A stretch of DNA of 64,000 nucleotides from an uncultured Gammaproteobacteria bacterium (lineage in GTDB: Bacteria; Patescibacteriota; Microgenomatia; Levybacterales; GWA1-39-11). The stretch is taken from the NCBI GenBank assembly GCA_964627245.1, contig CAZVGS010000002.1, positions 90,923 to 154,922 of the forward strand, read 5' to 3'. Every line of letters begins with the position of its first letter. Position 1 is the stretch's first letter. The position numbers were made by a program, and so were the translations under genes. The notes below the pieces were generated by a model. The model saw only the letters and a list, made by a program, of their open reading frames with translations. It had not been told where the DNA came from and did no database searches. Below, piece by piece: positions 63,983 to 64,000 of the stretch.

Positions 63983-64000
63983 AGGTAGGGATTCATGGAT

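Noticed and set aside
1-64000. CRISPR arrays or other regular short direct-repeat arrays
   Set aside because: No periodic repeat-spacer structure seen anywhere in the window. The low-complexity stretches (for example 9600-9900) are coding Q/P-rich tails.

Overview
This 64 kb window looks like the chromosomal replication-origin region of a low-GC, small-genome bacterium. The gene content (DUF5667-like and YYY-like proteins, many short secreted or membrane-anchored hypotheticals, NrdJ plus NrdR, NiSOD) reads like a Candidate Phyla Radiation/Patescibacteria-type organism, but that is inference only.

- **Housekeeping and origin (1-7 kb):** truB, an N-domain-less clpB-like chaperone, an AI-2E transporter, then dnaA and dnaN with DnaA-box clusters.
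- **Type IV secretion / conjugation-like locus (7.4-24.3 kb):** two peptidoglycan hydrolases (M23 peptidase; DUF11 plus Rpf-like transglycosylase), a VirB4/PrgJ-type ATPase, a PrgI/VirB3-like protein with a long C-terminal extension, four tandem VirB2/TrbC-like pilin paralogs, a P-loop NTPase fused to an OmpR-type winged helix, a VirB6/TrbL-like polytopic membrane protein, and several large proteins with no recognisable family (690 aa tail-anchored; 971 aa). No relaxase or integrase is visible. The coupling ATPase (VirD4/TraG-like) sits 13 kb away, next to a tRNA-Ile(UAU).
- **B12-linked ribonucleotide reduction (25-29 kb):** nrdR, nrdJ (class II RNR) with NrdR boxes in the promoter, and a PduO-type adenosyltransferase preceded by a hairpin that sequesters its Shine-Dalgarno sequence.
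- **RNA genes:** tmRNA (minus strand, next to smpB), tRNA-Ile(UAU), and two tRNA-Ser genes that flank a frameshifted GIY-YIG gene.
- **Other notable content:** comFC; a secreted LamG-like/C39-like protein interrupted by an in-frame TAA; an unusual cluster of PyrC/PyrD/PyrE-like enzymes with a RibA-like cyclohydrolase, PfkB kinase, HAD phosphatase, SDR and an ATP-cone-Mrr nuclease fusion; and a sodN-sodX pair.

All calls rest on motif recognition by eye; no database search was run.
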